Of a DNA stretch of 39,860 bases, positions 25,104 through 34,281 are shown piece after piece; position 1 is the first letter of the stretch; each line of letters begins with the position of its first letter. Source of the DNA: a virus. A program made the translations under genes and the position numbers. A model generated the notes under the pieces. That model was not told where the DNA came from, ran no database searches, and saw nothing but the letters and a program-made list of their open reading frames with translations. The stretch lies in the IMG/VR virus record IMGVR_UViG_3300028806_000002, positions 1 to 39,860 of that record, one strand, 5' to 3'.

Positions 25104-25978
25104 TTATATTCCTTCTTTTTCACACCTGGATCAATTTTTTTCGCTGCCTCAAATTTATCTTCATCAATTTCATGTTCTTTTCCTTTTGAATCTATAATTG
25201 TTATTTTTGAGACATTATTTTCTGATGGAAATTCAAAAGGCAAATTCTTATTTATTTTATTTTTATGTCTTAAATTTTCTAATTCAAAATCAGATTTTCC
25301 ACCAGTTAATATAGAATCTAACATTGCTTCATTAGCCTCATTGCGATTGAATATATCTGGTTTAACATCTTTAGCCCAATTTAAAACCTGTATACCACCT
25401 CTACTGCTTGCATATAAACCAAGATTGGCTTGTAATTTTCCAAATATTTGCTTTAAGTCATATAAATCTTTATTTGCATTTAATTTTGATTTTGTTCCCA
25501 ACCAATTATGCATACCAGTTAATCCAGGATTTTTCTGCAAAATACGTTTTGCTTGTAATGCTAAATTAGCTGTTTTTACCAAAGGAACAGCGCCTTCTTC
25601 TATTTTAGATGCTTGTTTTCTATTTTCTTTATCTTCAACTAATTGTGCTTTTTTATCTGCTAATTTCTCCGCACGTTCTTCTTTTTGTTCTGGACTTTCT
25701 CTATTTTTATATGATTCTATTTGTGCTTTTAATGCTGCTCGTCGTAAAGGTTCTAATTTCTCTGCAAGACCTTGTTTTCTATTTTCAATACCCAACATTC
25801 CTTGATCATGCTTTGTTCTCTCTGCCAATTCCTTAGCCTGTTGTGCTAACGAACCTTGATGATATTTTCCTGTCTCTGCTAATTCTTGGCCTTTCATGCG
25901 GTTCTGCATGATATTCTGCAAAATATCGCTGAAATCACCCCATTTTGACATATCTATATTTGGTATATTGAGAGCCAT
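25100..25978 (-). CDS. Internal virion protein candidate (292 aa)
   Basis: Charged coiled-coil N-terminal half. 4-nt overlap with the next gene. Confidence 0.55.
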   Translation of the reverse strand: MALNIPNIDMSKWGDFSDILQNIMQNRMKGQELAETGKYHQGSLAQQAKELAERTKHDQGMLGIENRKQGLAEKLEPLRRAALKAQIESYKNRESPEQKEERAEKLADKKAQLVEDKENRKQASKIEEGAVPLVKTANLALQAKRILQKNPGLTGMHNWLGTKSKLNANKDLYDLKQIFGKLQANLGLYASSRGGIQVLNWAKDVKPDIFNRNEANEAMLDSILTGGKSDFELENLRHKNKINKNLPFEFPSENNVSKITIIDSKGKEHEIDEDKFEAAKKIDPGVKKKEYK

Positions 25979-25987
25979 ATATTGTCC

Positions 25988-26662
25988 TTAACTTAAAAAA
26001 CCACCGCCTCCACCGCCTCCACCTGCTCCCATTCCATAAGCTTGAGCACCAGTTCTTAATAAATTACCGAATAATTGACCTGGAGCAGCTTGTTGGTTAT
26101 AGGCCATATTTGCCATTCCTTGCCCATACTCATTTCCTTGACCCAATAAATTACCAGCATAATTGCCAGCCAAATTAGCCCCAGTGTTATACATATTCTG
26201 TGAAAGTCCCAATCCTTCTAAATACTGTGCCATCATCATCTTTAAATACTGCTCACGCTCTTTAGAGACGATATCTCCCGCTCCCTGCTGAATATTACCA
26301 AGTGCTGCACTGCTGCCGTTTAACCCCATAGAACTCGCTGCATCGAGACCAGCACCTTTGTTCATCTCAAGCATACGTTTGGCATAAGGCGAGGTTTCAT
26401 AACTTGATGCGAATCTACCCATGAGCTGTTCAGGGTTCATCAATGATTCGATACCTTTATTAAGCGTACCGTATTGGTCTAATCCGTGTTGATTGTAAGG
26501 GTCTATATAACCTTGGGATTGCTTGCGAGCTTCTTCGTATTGTCTGCGATATTCTTCTGCGGCTTTTTCGTAAGCCTCTTCAGGATGTAAAAAACTATGA
26601 ATAGATTTACCGAATACTGGTTTACCTACTCCACCTTCTACAAGATCATCTAAAAATGACAT
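25988..26662 (-). CDS. Gly/Asn/Gln-rich internal virion protein candidate (224 aa)
   Basis: Low-complexity C-terminus ending GMGAGGGGGGGGFLS. Confidence 0.55.
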   Translation of the reverse strand: MSFLDDLVEGGVGKPVFGKSIHSFLHPEEAYEKAAEEYRRQYEEARKQSQGYIDPYNQHGLDQYGTLNKGIESLMNPEQLMGRFASSYETSPYAKRMLEMNKGAGLDAASSMGLNGSSAALGNIQQGAGDIVSKEREQYLKMMMAQYLEGLGLSQNMYNTGANLAGNYAGNLLGQGNEYGQGMANMAYNQQAAPGQLFGNLLRTGAQAYGMGAGGGGGGGGFLS

Positions 26663-26672
26663 ATTTTTTTCC

Positions 26673-27050
26673 TCATCCTTGAGGGTTCTGTGAAAATGCC
26701 TGAAATGCTATTATAGCAGAAGCGCCAGGGTCTGCACTAAATGTGACGGTGAATTGATTAGTGCCAGGAGTAACATCAGTAATGGTCACCACATTAGTTG
26801 ATGATACTAATCTCACCTGAACAAACCCACTAGAAGTTAATCCTAATACTGAAATAGTATATGGTCCCGCACCAGTTCCACCAACAGTCGCTGTATTAAC
26901 TTCCAAAATATTATTATTGATATTACTGATAGTAATAATAGTAGAATTAAGGATATCTACAGAATTGCTCAACCAATTCTTCATATCTGGACCAAATTCA
27001 GTTTGTTCTAGTATTGGCGAATCAAGTACATTGAAATTAATTGGATCCAC
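26673..27050 (-). CDS. Hypothetical virion protein
   Basis: Track ORF 26673..27068. GTG 27050 has AGGAGG 7 nt upstream. Confidence 0.5.
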   Translation of the reverse strand: MDPINFNVLDSPILEQTEFGPDMKNWLSNSVDILNSTIITISNINNNILEVNTATVGGTGAGPYTISVLGLTSSGFVQVRLVSSTNVVTITDVTPGTNQFTVTFSADPGASAIIAFQAFSQNPQG

Positions 27051-28893
27051 CGCTAATCCTCCTAACATTCATTACACCACCCAATACGATAATTGGTACC
27101 ATACTAACGCAAATTAATTTATATACTCGATTACGAGATGCACCCAATTGATACCATCTCATTTTCCATTGATATTGACCCATTTGAGCAAATTCACGTA
27201 CATCAGCAGAATGGAATAATGTTCCACCATCATCTGACCAATAGAGTTCAATCGTTGGATTAAACACATTGTTATAAGTATTATCTGAAATAGATGGTGT
27301 ATTTGAATCATCTGTAATAATGTATATCGGTTGTCCTTCAATATCAGGTTCTTCATCAACCATGTATATTGGTTTTCCAGGAGTTGAATTTTCACCTATA
27401 ATAAATTTTGTATTAACAAATGGATTTGTAGAGAAACTAATATTACTTTCACCAAATACAAAATCAATTTCAACATATTCAGTTTCAAATTCAGAATAAT
27501 CTTTTTCTGAAATAATAGGTGTAACTCGCTCATAGCGCATTGGATACCCGATATAAGCATCAGGTGCTTGCGGATTTTCCTGAGCAGGGTTTCTCACTTC
27601 ATTAAAGTAATACTGACCAGACATATTATAAACAGTATTTTCACCTACTAATGATACCAAATGATTGTAATTAAAAAATACGTGAAATTGCACACGATTA
27701 CGTTCACCATTTAATTCAATTAGTCTGTGCCAATCATTTATTTCGAAATTAAATTCAATACTATCATTCTGCATTTCCTGATCTAATATTCCAGTTCCCG
27801 TATAATTTCCACCAGAAAACCTGTAAAAAATAGTATTTTCATATTGGTATAAAAACCCATTTGAATTAGATGATAAGAATGGATTATCTGCACCAAATTC
27901 ATTTGTGTAATTTTGCAATAATGTATCAACTGCTTTCGTACTCAATACTTTTGGTTGATCAGAACCGTAACTAACCATGAATTGTAATAATCCATCGCTA
28001 TTACGGGCTAAAAATACCATTTGTCCAAAATCAATATCAAGTGAATTAGGATTAGCTATACCAAAATTCCAATCGTACGATGAATTCTTTTTCCACGGAA
28101 AAATAACACCTGTAACTTCAAATTTTGCAGGAGTATTTGACCAGACACCCGTTATATAATCTGTGAAAATATATAACTGATTGTTTAACACTCCCATTTG
28201 TCTAATCAAACCATTTTCTTGTGCAAAAACAGCTCCGCCAGTTGTCGGGTTCGTAAAACATGTATCCAAGAAATTAGTAAAATTGAAAAGAGAAGGAATT
28301 CCACCAAGATTAACTTGTGATAGAAAAAATTGAGAACTATTAGCAACTGATACAACTATTCTGTTTCCATATGAAGCAATAAATCCAGGTTTAGTCAATT
28401 TTCCATCTTGCATGTATACACCAGGAGAAAATTTATCTGTAACAGCTCCAAAATCTCCCGTATCTTCTCTGTAAATATAAATATGGTTCTCATCTACAAA
28501 ACAGGAAAATACGATAGTATTTACAACGAGAAATGCAAAATATATTGGTCCTGCAGAGGTAGATAATGGTACAAGAGATGTTATGTTTACTGGATTATAT
28601 TGTGAATCAATCCTAAAAATACTATTACCAACTACAATGTAAGCAAAATTAATGCTCTTAAATATTTCCCGTGGTTCACTAGCAAAAATTAATTCATTTG
28701 AACCTAGATAATTAATGTGAGCACGACCCATTGCAGGGTACATTGCAGTAGTTTTTTTCGCATCTTTTGCTTGTACAACATACCAGTTTGCGACATCTTC
28801 TGGAGAAAATTGTTTAAACCGTTGAACATTGTAATTACCTACAATAGGTAATTCTTTTATCTCAAATTGTCCATCTTTAGTAGCAGCACCCAT
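27037..28893 (-). CDS. Tail tubular protein B / nozzle-like protein
   Basis: About 618 aa, directly after the adaptor-like gene. ATG 28893 has AAGGA 5 nt upstream (track start 28917 is TTG). The call rests on size, order and beta-rich sequence. Confidence 0.55.
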   Translation of the reverse strand: MGAATKDGQFEIKELPIVGNYNVQRFKQFSPEDVANWYVVQAKDAKKTTAMYPAMGRAHINYLGSNELIFASEPREIFKSINFAYIVVGNSIFRIDSQYNPVNITSLVPLSTSAGPIYFAFLVVNTIVFSCFVDENHIYIYREDTGDFGAVTDKFSPGVYMQDGKLTKPGFIASYGNRIVVSVANSSQFFLSQVNLGGIPSLFNFTNFLDTCFTNPTTGGAVFAQENGLIRQMGVLNNQLYIFTDYITGVWSNTPAKFEVTGVIFPWKKNSSYDWNFGIANPNSLDIDFGQMVFLARNSDGLLQFMVSYGSDQPKVLSTKAVDTLLQNYTNEFGADNPFLSSNSNGFLYQYENTIFYRFSGGNYTGTGILDQEMQNDSIEFNFEINDWHRLIELNGERNRVQFHVFFNYNHLVSLVGENTVYNMSGQYYFNEVRNPAQENPQAPDAYIGYPMRYERVTPIISEKDYSEFETEYVEIDFVFGESNISFSTNPFVNTKFIIGENSTPGKPIYMVDEEPDIEGQPIYIITDDSNTPSISDNTYNNVFNPTIELYWSDDGGTLFHSADVREFAQMGQYQWKMRWYQLGASRNRVYKLICVSMVPIIVLGGVMNVRRISGGSN

Positions 28894-28924
28894 TACAATC
28901 CTTGCAAAAGTGTTCAAATTTTAA

Positions 28925-29650
28925 TCAAACGCCAGAACGCAATCGCCAACTACCATTGAGGTATGACTCATTAGCTGAATCAATCACTAAATCCATAGCA
29001 GAAACAGATTCCATTTCATCCATTGCTGTTTGAAGTTTCTTTTCTAATTTTTCATCCCAAGCTGATGATCTTCCTTTGTAAAATGAAATCTGTTCTCCAA
29101 GTGCTAACTTCAAGAATTTATACTGATACAAAGGAAACATCGACATATCATCGTTTTGTCCTAGATATGGTAATTCAAACTTTCCATAAACAAACAATGT
29201 ATAAAGTTGAGATGGCGAAGGATAAAGTTGCATCGTTGTTAAATTTAAATCATTTGTAATTATAACAAATCTGGGTAATCCTTTTTGCGGAAAATATTTA
29301 TAACTACCAAAGAAAACACCGCGAGATTCATCAATTAACGGATAATCAACACCATCTAAATTCAGCCATGCGCGTTGCAAATTTGACAATCTACCTTCTG
29401 TTACGTCAGGCAAAGGTATTACGCTAGGGTCTCCAAAAGTTACAAATTGCTGTCCAATTTGAACGTTAAATGTGACCTTTTTTGCTATTGTTAAATAAAG
29501 AGAAATTGCACTATATGATTTAATTAATTCATTTAAATACTGAATACCCTTTTCCATGTCATTTCCATGCAAGGGTACAGTCGGACTATTAGCGCTAGTT
29601 AACTGATAGGCATCTTGTACAAATTCTTTAACCGTTTGGGCATACAACAT
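28925..29650 (-). CDS. Tail tubular protein A / head-tail adaptor-like protein
   Basis: About 241 aa. The N-terminus VQDAYQLTSANSPTVPLHGNDMEKGIQYLNELIKSY fits the gp11-like pattern (d...al..LN.mi). ATG 29650 is preferred. Confidence 0.5.
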   Translation of the reverse strand: MLYAQTVKEFVQDAYQLTSANSPTVPLHGNDMEKGIQYLNELIKSYSAISLYLTIAKKVTFNVQIGQQFVTFGDPSVIPLPDVTEGRLSNLQRAWLNLDGVDYPLIDESRGVFFGSYKYFPQKGLPRFVIITNDLNLTTMQLYPSPSQLYTLFVYGKFELPYLGQNDDMSMFPLYQYKFLKLALGEQISFYKGRSSAWDEKLEKKLQTAMDEMESVSAMDLVIDSANESYLNGSWRLRSGV

Positions 29651-29876
29651 CCTTTTGCTTCCTTGTCTTAACAACTACAGGTTCTTCCTGAACCTGTTTA
29701 GAAAACCAAATTCCACTGGATGTTAGTTCTTCAAATTCTTTATAAGAATTTGCAAGTTTTTGTTCACCATTTTTATCGTAGACCCATGCGCGAAATGTAT
29801 TTTTATCCACCCAACGATCTTGATACTGAAATTGTCCAGCATGAGGATCTTTAATATTCTTTAATTTTGTATCCAT
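29628..29876 (-). CDS. Hypothetical protein
   Basis: 82-aa track ORF with a GGAGAG SD, downstream of the coat-gene terminator. Confidence 0.5.
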   Translation of the reverse strand: MDTKLKNIKDPHAGQFQYQDRWVDKNTFRAWVYDKNGEQKLANSYKEFEELTSSGIWFSKQVQEEPVVVKTRKQKDVVCPNG

Positions 29877-29887
29877 GTTATCTCTCC

Positions 29888-29927
29888 AAAAAAAGACCGT
29901 TACTCAAAGGAATTAAAAGTAACGGCC
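29888..29927 (-). terminator. Rho-independent terminator after the coat gene
   Basis: On the minus strand, CCGTTACT (13-nt loop) AGTAACGG is followed by T7. Confidence 0.75.
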
Positions 29928-29932
29928 AACTT

Positions 29933-31183
29933 TTATGACATAACTCGAACTGAAAACTCTGGGTTATTTTCTTCACCTCCAATAATATCGATACGATCTA
30001 ATTGTAAGTAATTACGAATATCTGCACCCAAAGAGTAAGTCATCGCGACTTTGTATAGATCACTGTATGAAGTAACTGCTTCAACACCACCTTTTAATTC
30101 CTTAATTGGTGGTGCAGCAAAGACAATGGCTTGATTATGAAATGCAACTGAAACATTATGATTAGTTGCTAAATAAATTTGGGCACCTTGAGGAATAGGA
30201 GCAGAAATATTTTGTCGTGCACCACTAATAACAATGGTTGGATTAACTGGAATATTAGTATTTCCTGAACCTGTTGCGGTAACTTGTGCAGTAACAACAA
30301 ATTGTGCGGTTTGAGATAATGATTCATAGTTTAATGGATTTACCATGAACACACCATTTGAAGCATCAACTGTTAGAATATCTCCAACTTGAAAAGAGAT
30401 GCCAGCAGCTAATCCAGAAACTTGTATGATATTTCCACCAGTAATAGGACCATTTGTTACGACACCAGCAGCAACATATCCGGTAGGAGGCATACCACCT
30501 GTTGCACCAGGAGTACCAGCAATTTGTTTCTTCAAGAAATTAGTCTTGAAGAAATCAAAACCAGATAAGTGACCAATGAATCCATCTAACAATGCACCGC
30601 GATTAACAGTCATGTTAAATACGTCATATAACGATTTACAAAGAGTTGCTGATACAGAAGGACTATTAGCAAAATAACGATTTCCATCTTCTGGAATACC
30701 TAATTCCGTCATATATGCATCAGTGTCAAATATCGTATCTTGCGTAATAGGTACCATTCCACCAGGCGTACCAATTGCTTGATAAGTAGATAACTGAAAT
30801 TTGGTTGCAATAAATGATTCGACCATATTAGCTAAACGTTTAGCGCGAGGATTTAACATCATATCGAGATAGGGTTGATCACGTGCGCGATCAAAGGTTA
30901 GTTCAAATCCTGAGAACTCAACCATGGTATGAAATTGCTGATCAATAGTAAGCGGTCTAACAATTTGTACACGTGCTTCTGATGATGCAGTAGCACCAAA
31001 TCCACCGATATATCTTTCTTCCAAACGATAATTAATCGTCTGTCCAGTAGCGTATTTCAGCCCTTTAAAGTCAGCTTCAAGATTACGATTTGCGACCTTG
31101 GCGAAATTAAGATAATTGATAAACCTAACAAAAGTTTCATCGAGAATATATTGAGTAGTTTGAAAAGAATTGGTCATTGACAT
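29933..31183 (-). CDS. Major capsid protein (P22-coat-like)
   Basis: About 416 aa and followed by a terminator. ANRNLEADFKGLKYATGQTINYRLEERYIGG resembles the P22 coat family N-arm. ATG 31183 has GGAG 10 nt upstream (track start is TTG). Confidence 0.75.
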   Translation of the reverse strand: MSMTNSFQTTQYILDETFVRFINYLNFAKVANRNLEADFKGLKYATGQTINYRLEERYIGGFGATASSEARVQIVRPLTIDQQFHTMVEFSGFELTFDRARDQPYLDMMLNPRAKRLANMVESFIATKFQLSTYQAIGTPGGMVPITQDTIFDTDAYMTELGIPEDGNRYFANSPSVSATLCKSLYDVFNMTVNRGALLDGFIGHLSGFDFFKTNFLKKQIAGTPGATGGMPPTGYVAAGVVTNGPITGGNIIQVSGLAAGISFQVGDILTVDASNGVFMVNPLNYESLSQTAQFVVTAQVTATGSGNTNIPVNPTIVISGARQNISAPIPQGAQIYLATNHNVSVAFHNQAIVFAAPPIKELKGGVEAVTSYSDLYKVAMTYSLGADIRNYLQLDRIDIIGGEENNPEFSVRVMS

Positions 31184-31415
31184 GTTTTGTCGCTCCGTGA
31201 CAAATAAACTTAAAGCCAAAGAATTGGCTATCCATTTTTTTGTCCGGCGGAGGACTGTTAAAAAATCTATCTAATTTTAGTAGCCGGCGGCACTACCCTA
31301 TATCACCCGAAATTTCATTAGATAAATAATCTAACTCACAGCCACAACACCACTTGCCCGCATCTATTTAACGTCCGATGGAAGACTGCAAATGATAAGA
31401 GAATTTTATCTCTTG

Positions 31416-31444
31416 TTTAAATTATGCTCCTAATTTGATATAAT
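31416..31444 (+). promoter_or_regulatory. Extended -10 promoter for the opposite-strand moron
   Basis: TTTAAA, 17-nt spacer, TGATATAAT (TG-extended -10), about 30 nt upstream of ATG 31477. Overlaps the minus-strand promoter. Confidence 0.5.
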
Positions 31445-31449
31445 TTCAA
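31421..31449 (-). promoter_or_regulatory. Candidate internal late promoter upstream of the coat gene
   Basis: On the minus strand: TTGAAA, 17-nt spacer, CATAAT. This would leave a ~230-nt 5' UTR. Confidence 0.4.
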
Positions 31450-31476
31450 TACGTGTAAATTTTCAAGGATGAAAAT

Positions 31477-31716
31477 ATGCAATCAGCCTCACCAAAGATG
31501 TCACGAAAGCAAGCCAAATTATTCTGGAATCATTTAAGCGATGAACAAAAGATTGAATTCAACAAAATGATGGTGAAATTAGGTAAAAAAGAACTAATGA
31601 TGACTAAAGTAATTGTTGATGATAATGAACAAATTCAACGTATTATATTAGAACCGAAGGATAAACCAAGTAAACCTACTGCGCCATTTGCTAAACATTT
31701 TCATTATGATGATTAA
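31477..31716 (+). CDS. Moron: 79-aa protein encoded against the late operon
   Basis: Track ORF with AAGGA 8 nt upstream and its own promoter. The 3' end overlaps convergent gene 31691..31942 by 26 nt. Confidence 0.6.
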   Translation: MQSASPKMSRKQAKLFWNHLSDEQKIEFNKMMVKLGKKELMMTKVIVDDNEQIQRIILEPKDKPSKPTAPFAKHFHYDD

Positions 31717-31942
31717 TATCTTCAATTTCTTCAAAGAATTTTTTCATCTTTACTATGAATTGATTTTCATCTATAGTAAATTCTAGTTGCAAACTTAAAT
31801 TTGGAATTTCTTTTAGTCGGAAGCAAACAAATTTCGGTTCTTTTGAATTATCATTTTTATCAAACAAAGGTTTTTGGTTATCTATTGTTAAAAGCATTTC
31901 ACCTGTTCTAAAATCACGTAATAACCTTATCATTAACCCCAT
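31691..31942 (-). CDS. Hypothetical protein
   Basis: 83-aa track ORF with a GAAGGAAT SD. Confidence 0.5.
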   Translation of the reverse strand: MGLMIRLLRDFRTGEMLLTIDNQKPLFDKNDNSKEPKFVCFRLKEIPNLSLQLEFTIDENQFIVKMKKFFEEIEDINHHNENV

Positions 31943-31951
31943 ATAATTCCT

Positions 31952-32101
31952 TCATAAAATTTCCCTTAATTCATTGTCATAAATGTCCTCACGTGGATTG
32001 TAAGTTTCTATACACTTTTTACAATAAAAACTCTCACCGTGAGGACAAATAATGTTGTTCTTATCAAACTGATGTTCATATAGATTATCTACACGTTTCA
32101 T
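31952..32101 (-). CDS. Small zinc-ribbon-like protein (49 aa)
   Basis: Translation: MKRVDNLYEHQFDKNNIICPHGESFYCKKCIETYNPREDIYDNELREIL. ATGA coupling to the upstream ORF. Confidence 0.4.
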   Translation of the reverse strand: MKRVDNLYEHQFDKNNIICPHGESFYCKKCIETYNPREDIYDNELREIL

Positions 32102-32208
32102 TTTTTCTTTTTCCCAAAGTCTTTTATTTTCTTTTCAGATACATGAGACATTTCTTTTTTCTTTTCCTTTGATTTTTCATGCATTTTTTTTTCTTTATGT
32201 TTTTCCAT
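32098..32208 (-). CDS. Possible 36-aa Lys-rich peptide
   Basis: Translation: MEKHKEKKMHEKSKEKKKEMSHVSEKKIKDFGKKKK. TAATG coupling. Low complexity keeps confidence low. Confidence 0.3.
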   Translation of the reverse strand: MEKHKEKKMHEKSKEKKKEMSHVSEKKIKDFGKKKK

Positions 32209-32498
32209 TAGCGATGCTCCTTGTGACGGTGTGATGAATGACTTGATGAATTTTTTTTATGTTTCTTCTGAATATTCGCACCTGATTCACGTGCTTCATT
32301 AAGACTTGCAGCGACTGCTTGGTCATGTGGATGACCTGATTCTTGCATCTCAGAAATATTTTCAGAAATTACTACCTTTGATTTACCCTTGTGTAACGGC
32401 ATTTTCTTCTCCCTTTTACCCATACTATAATTAGGTTCACGTTGATTTTCCATACTTGGAACATCAGAACCACCATAGGTATTAGACTTGATAGACAT
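32208..32498 (-). CDS. Basic small protein with a DUF6496-like core
   Basis: LHKGKSKVVISENISEMQESGHPHDQAVAASLNEARESGANI resembles the DUF6496 pattern. Ends SHRHKEHR. Confidence 0.55.
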   Translation of the reverse strand: MSIKSNTYGGSDVPSMENQREPNYSMGKREKKMPLHKGKSKVVISENISEMQESGHPHDQAVAASLNEARESGANIQKKHKKNSSSHSSHRHKEHR

Positions 32499-32692
32499 TA
32501 CCGATATTCCTTATGCCTACTATTTCCATTAGATTTCATACCAGTACTTTTCATTGGTTTGTTATCCTGAGGCATTTTACTGGCTTTACCAAATTGCTTA
32601 TTACCATCGTGCAATCCACGTTTGACATTTACTTCCTTTGGTCCACCTTCTTCATACGCTGGCTGAACACTGTCATATTCGTTCATAATCAT
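32498..32692 (-). CDS. Basic small protein
   Basis: 64-aa track ORF ending NSRHKEYR, similar to the neighbour's C-terminus. Confidence 0.5.
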   Translation of the reverse strand: MIMNEYDSVQPAYEEGGPKEVNVKRGLHDGNKQFGKASKMPQDNKPMKSTGMKSNGNSRHKEYR

Positions 32693-32976
32693 TCCTTAAC
32701 CGTTTTTCCCAACAATTTAATTAAGCCATTTTCAATTAAAAATTGTTCTATCCTTTGTATTTTATTCTTATACTGGAAAAAATAAACTTGTTCTTCATAT
32801 TTTTCACGTTCTAAATTTGAAATATTTCCTTTTAAATATTTTACTTCAAATTCCAAATCTTTAATTCTTTTATCTATAGATGGATAAATGTTTTCTATAA
32901 ATAGTAATTGATTTTTTCTTTTTTCTTCATCTGAAAGAGAAGAATAAAAGTCTATCAATCTATCAATATTACTCAT
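32689..32976 (-). CDS. Coiled-coil hypothetical protein
   Basis: 95-aa track ORF. Confidence 0.55.
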   Translation of the reverse strand: MSNIDRLIDFYSSLSDEEKRKNQLLFIENIYPSIDKRIKDLEFEVKYLKGNISNLEREKYEEQVYFFQYKNKIQRIEQFLIENGLIKLLGKTVKE

Positions 32977-33137
32977 TTTTCTCCATCCATTCCAGACTGA
33001 TCATATCCATCACTATTCCATTTTTTAGACTCGTACTTATTTACCAAAGGTTCATCCCAATATTCAGACGGAATACTTTGCCCACCAATGCCATGTGTCA
33101 TTTCTTCATAGCAGCAATCATAATATTTTTTACGCAT
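32973..33137 (-). CDS. Small hypothetical protein (54 aa)
   Basis: GAGG lies 6 nt upstream. Translation: MRKKYYDCCYEEMTHGIGGQSIPSEYWDEPLVNKYESKKWNSDGYDQSGMDGEK. ATGA coupling. Confidence 0.4.
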   Translation of the reverse strand: MRKKYYDCCYEEMTHGIGGQSIPSEYWDEPLVNKYESKKWNSDGYDQSGMDGEK

Positions 33138-33198
33138 AAACACCTCTAAACTAATAATATAAATAATGTCATAAAAATTATGACAGCAATATACACTA

Positions 33199-33354
33199 TC
33201 ATATTTTACCGAAAATACATTTATATGATGGTTCTGGCTTGTTCATCTTAACTTCTTTCTGAACGCAAGCACCAGTATTTGCAACGTTGGTAATTCGAAT
33301 TTCTTGCTGTTCCTTTTCAAGCATTGGCCGACCATTATCTCCAGGTATAGGCAT
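33199..33354 (-). CDS. Small hypothetical protein (51 aa)
   Basis: AGGAG lies 8 nt upstream of ATG 33354. Translation starts MPIPGDNGRPMLEKEQQEIRITNVANTGACVQKEVKMNKPEPSYKCIFGKI. Confidence 0.4.
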   Translation of the reverse strand: MPIPGDNGRPMLEKEQQEIRITNVANTGACVQKEVKMNKPEPSYKCIFGKI

Positions 33355-33387
33355 GTCCGTATCTCCTAATTACTTAAGTAAATATTA

Positions 33388-34257
33388 TCATTTTCTCTTC
33401 TGTTTTGCATACTGATGAATTCGCTCATCAATCGATGGCTGATTAGCAAATGTCTTAGATGGCATATCACTGGTAACAACCTCTAATGGCTTAGGGGCAC
33501 TACTAACAACATTCTTACTCTTTATCATTTTTTCATGCAATCTGCCGACTTCAGCGGCTTGAGCATATGGGTCGGTCATCTTAGATATACGCTCAAGTTC
33601 AGGTGCGTGCATCTTTGCTGCTCCATATACAAATGCGGCGGGATTTTCTAAATTACGAGCAGCAAGCAACATTGTATCAGTAATATTTTTACCTCTTACA
33701 ACATCATGGAAATCTTCATATTTATTCATTCCACTTGTGAATTTAGCCTCAAATTCTGCTTGCCTTTGTATTTCTTGTTGCTGCCATTGTCGTTGAATAT
33801 TCTCTTCTTGTGTTTCAACCATCGTCTTTTTTATGACAGTCTTTAATTGTTGTTCCCAGTCTTCTTCTTGCTGTACAGGTTGTTGTTGCTGCGGTTGTTG
33901 CTGTGGCACATATTCTTGCTGCTTGATACGCGCAACTCTTGCATTTATCAACCTAGAAACTTCATCCTCACTGTACATCTTTGGCTTTTCAATAGGATTG
34001 CCATATTCATCAATCGTTTGATCTACCAATGGTTTACTAACTGGTTCAGTCTTTTCTACTGCCTCAGTAGGTTGTGTAGTTGTCTTTGCAGCTTCAGGAA
34101 ATGAATCAGGTTGCACAGGGTCGTTAACAGGTTGACTTGGAGTATCAATTGGAACAAGCGGTGTGACTGCTTCAACTGGCGACTGTACTGGGTTACTTTG
34201 GGTTGTATTTTCTTGCATTGCTGCAATTAACTGACTATCAATATTCTTCGGGTCCAT
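33388..34257 (-). CDS. Scaffolding protein candidate
   Basis: 289 aa immediately after the portal. The N-terminal half is Pro/Gln-rich (QQQPQQQQPVQQ) and the C-terminal half is helical. Confidence 0.55.
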   Translation of the reverse strand: MDPKNIDSQLIAAMQENTTQSNPVQSPVEAVTPLVPIDTPSQPVNDPVQPDSFPEAAKTTTQPTEAVEKTEPVSKPLVDQTIDEYGNPIEKPKMYSEDEVSRLINARVARIKQQEYVPQQQPQQQQPVQQEEDWEQQLKTVIKKTMVETQEENIQRQWQQQEIQRQAEFEAKFTSGMNKYEDFHDVVRGKNITDTMLLAARNLENPAAFVYGAAKMHAPELERISKMTDPYAQAAEVGRLHEKMIKSKNVVSSAPKPLEVVTSDMPSKTFANQPSIDERIHQYAKQKRK

Positions 34258-34281
34258 GCGATTGAATCTCCTTTTGTTTAA

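Noticed and set aside
25988-26035. Poly-Gly tail (G9) encoded by (CCACCGCCT)x2-like DNA, as a possible slippage or phase-variation site
   Set aside because: It is not a homopolymer or a perfect microsatellite. Only two imperfect 9-mers are present, and there is no alternative frame with a meaningful product.
31220-31300. CCGGCGG-containing direct repeats and the small hairpins GTCC..GGAC and GCCAA..TTGGC upstream of the coat gene, as terminators
   Set aside because: The T/A runs are on the wrong side of the stems for either strand and the stems are only 4-5 bp. They are noted only as part of the long coat leader.
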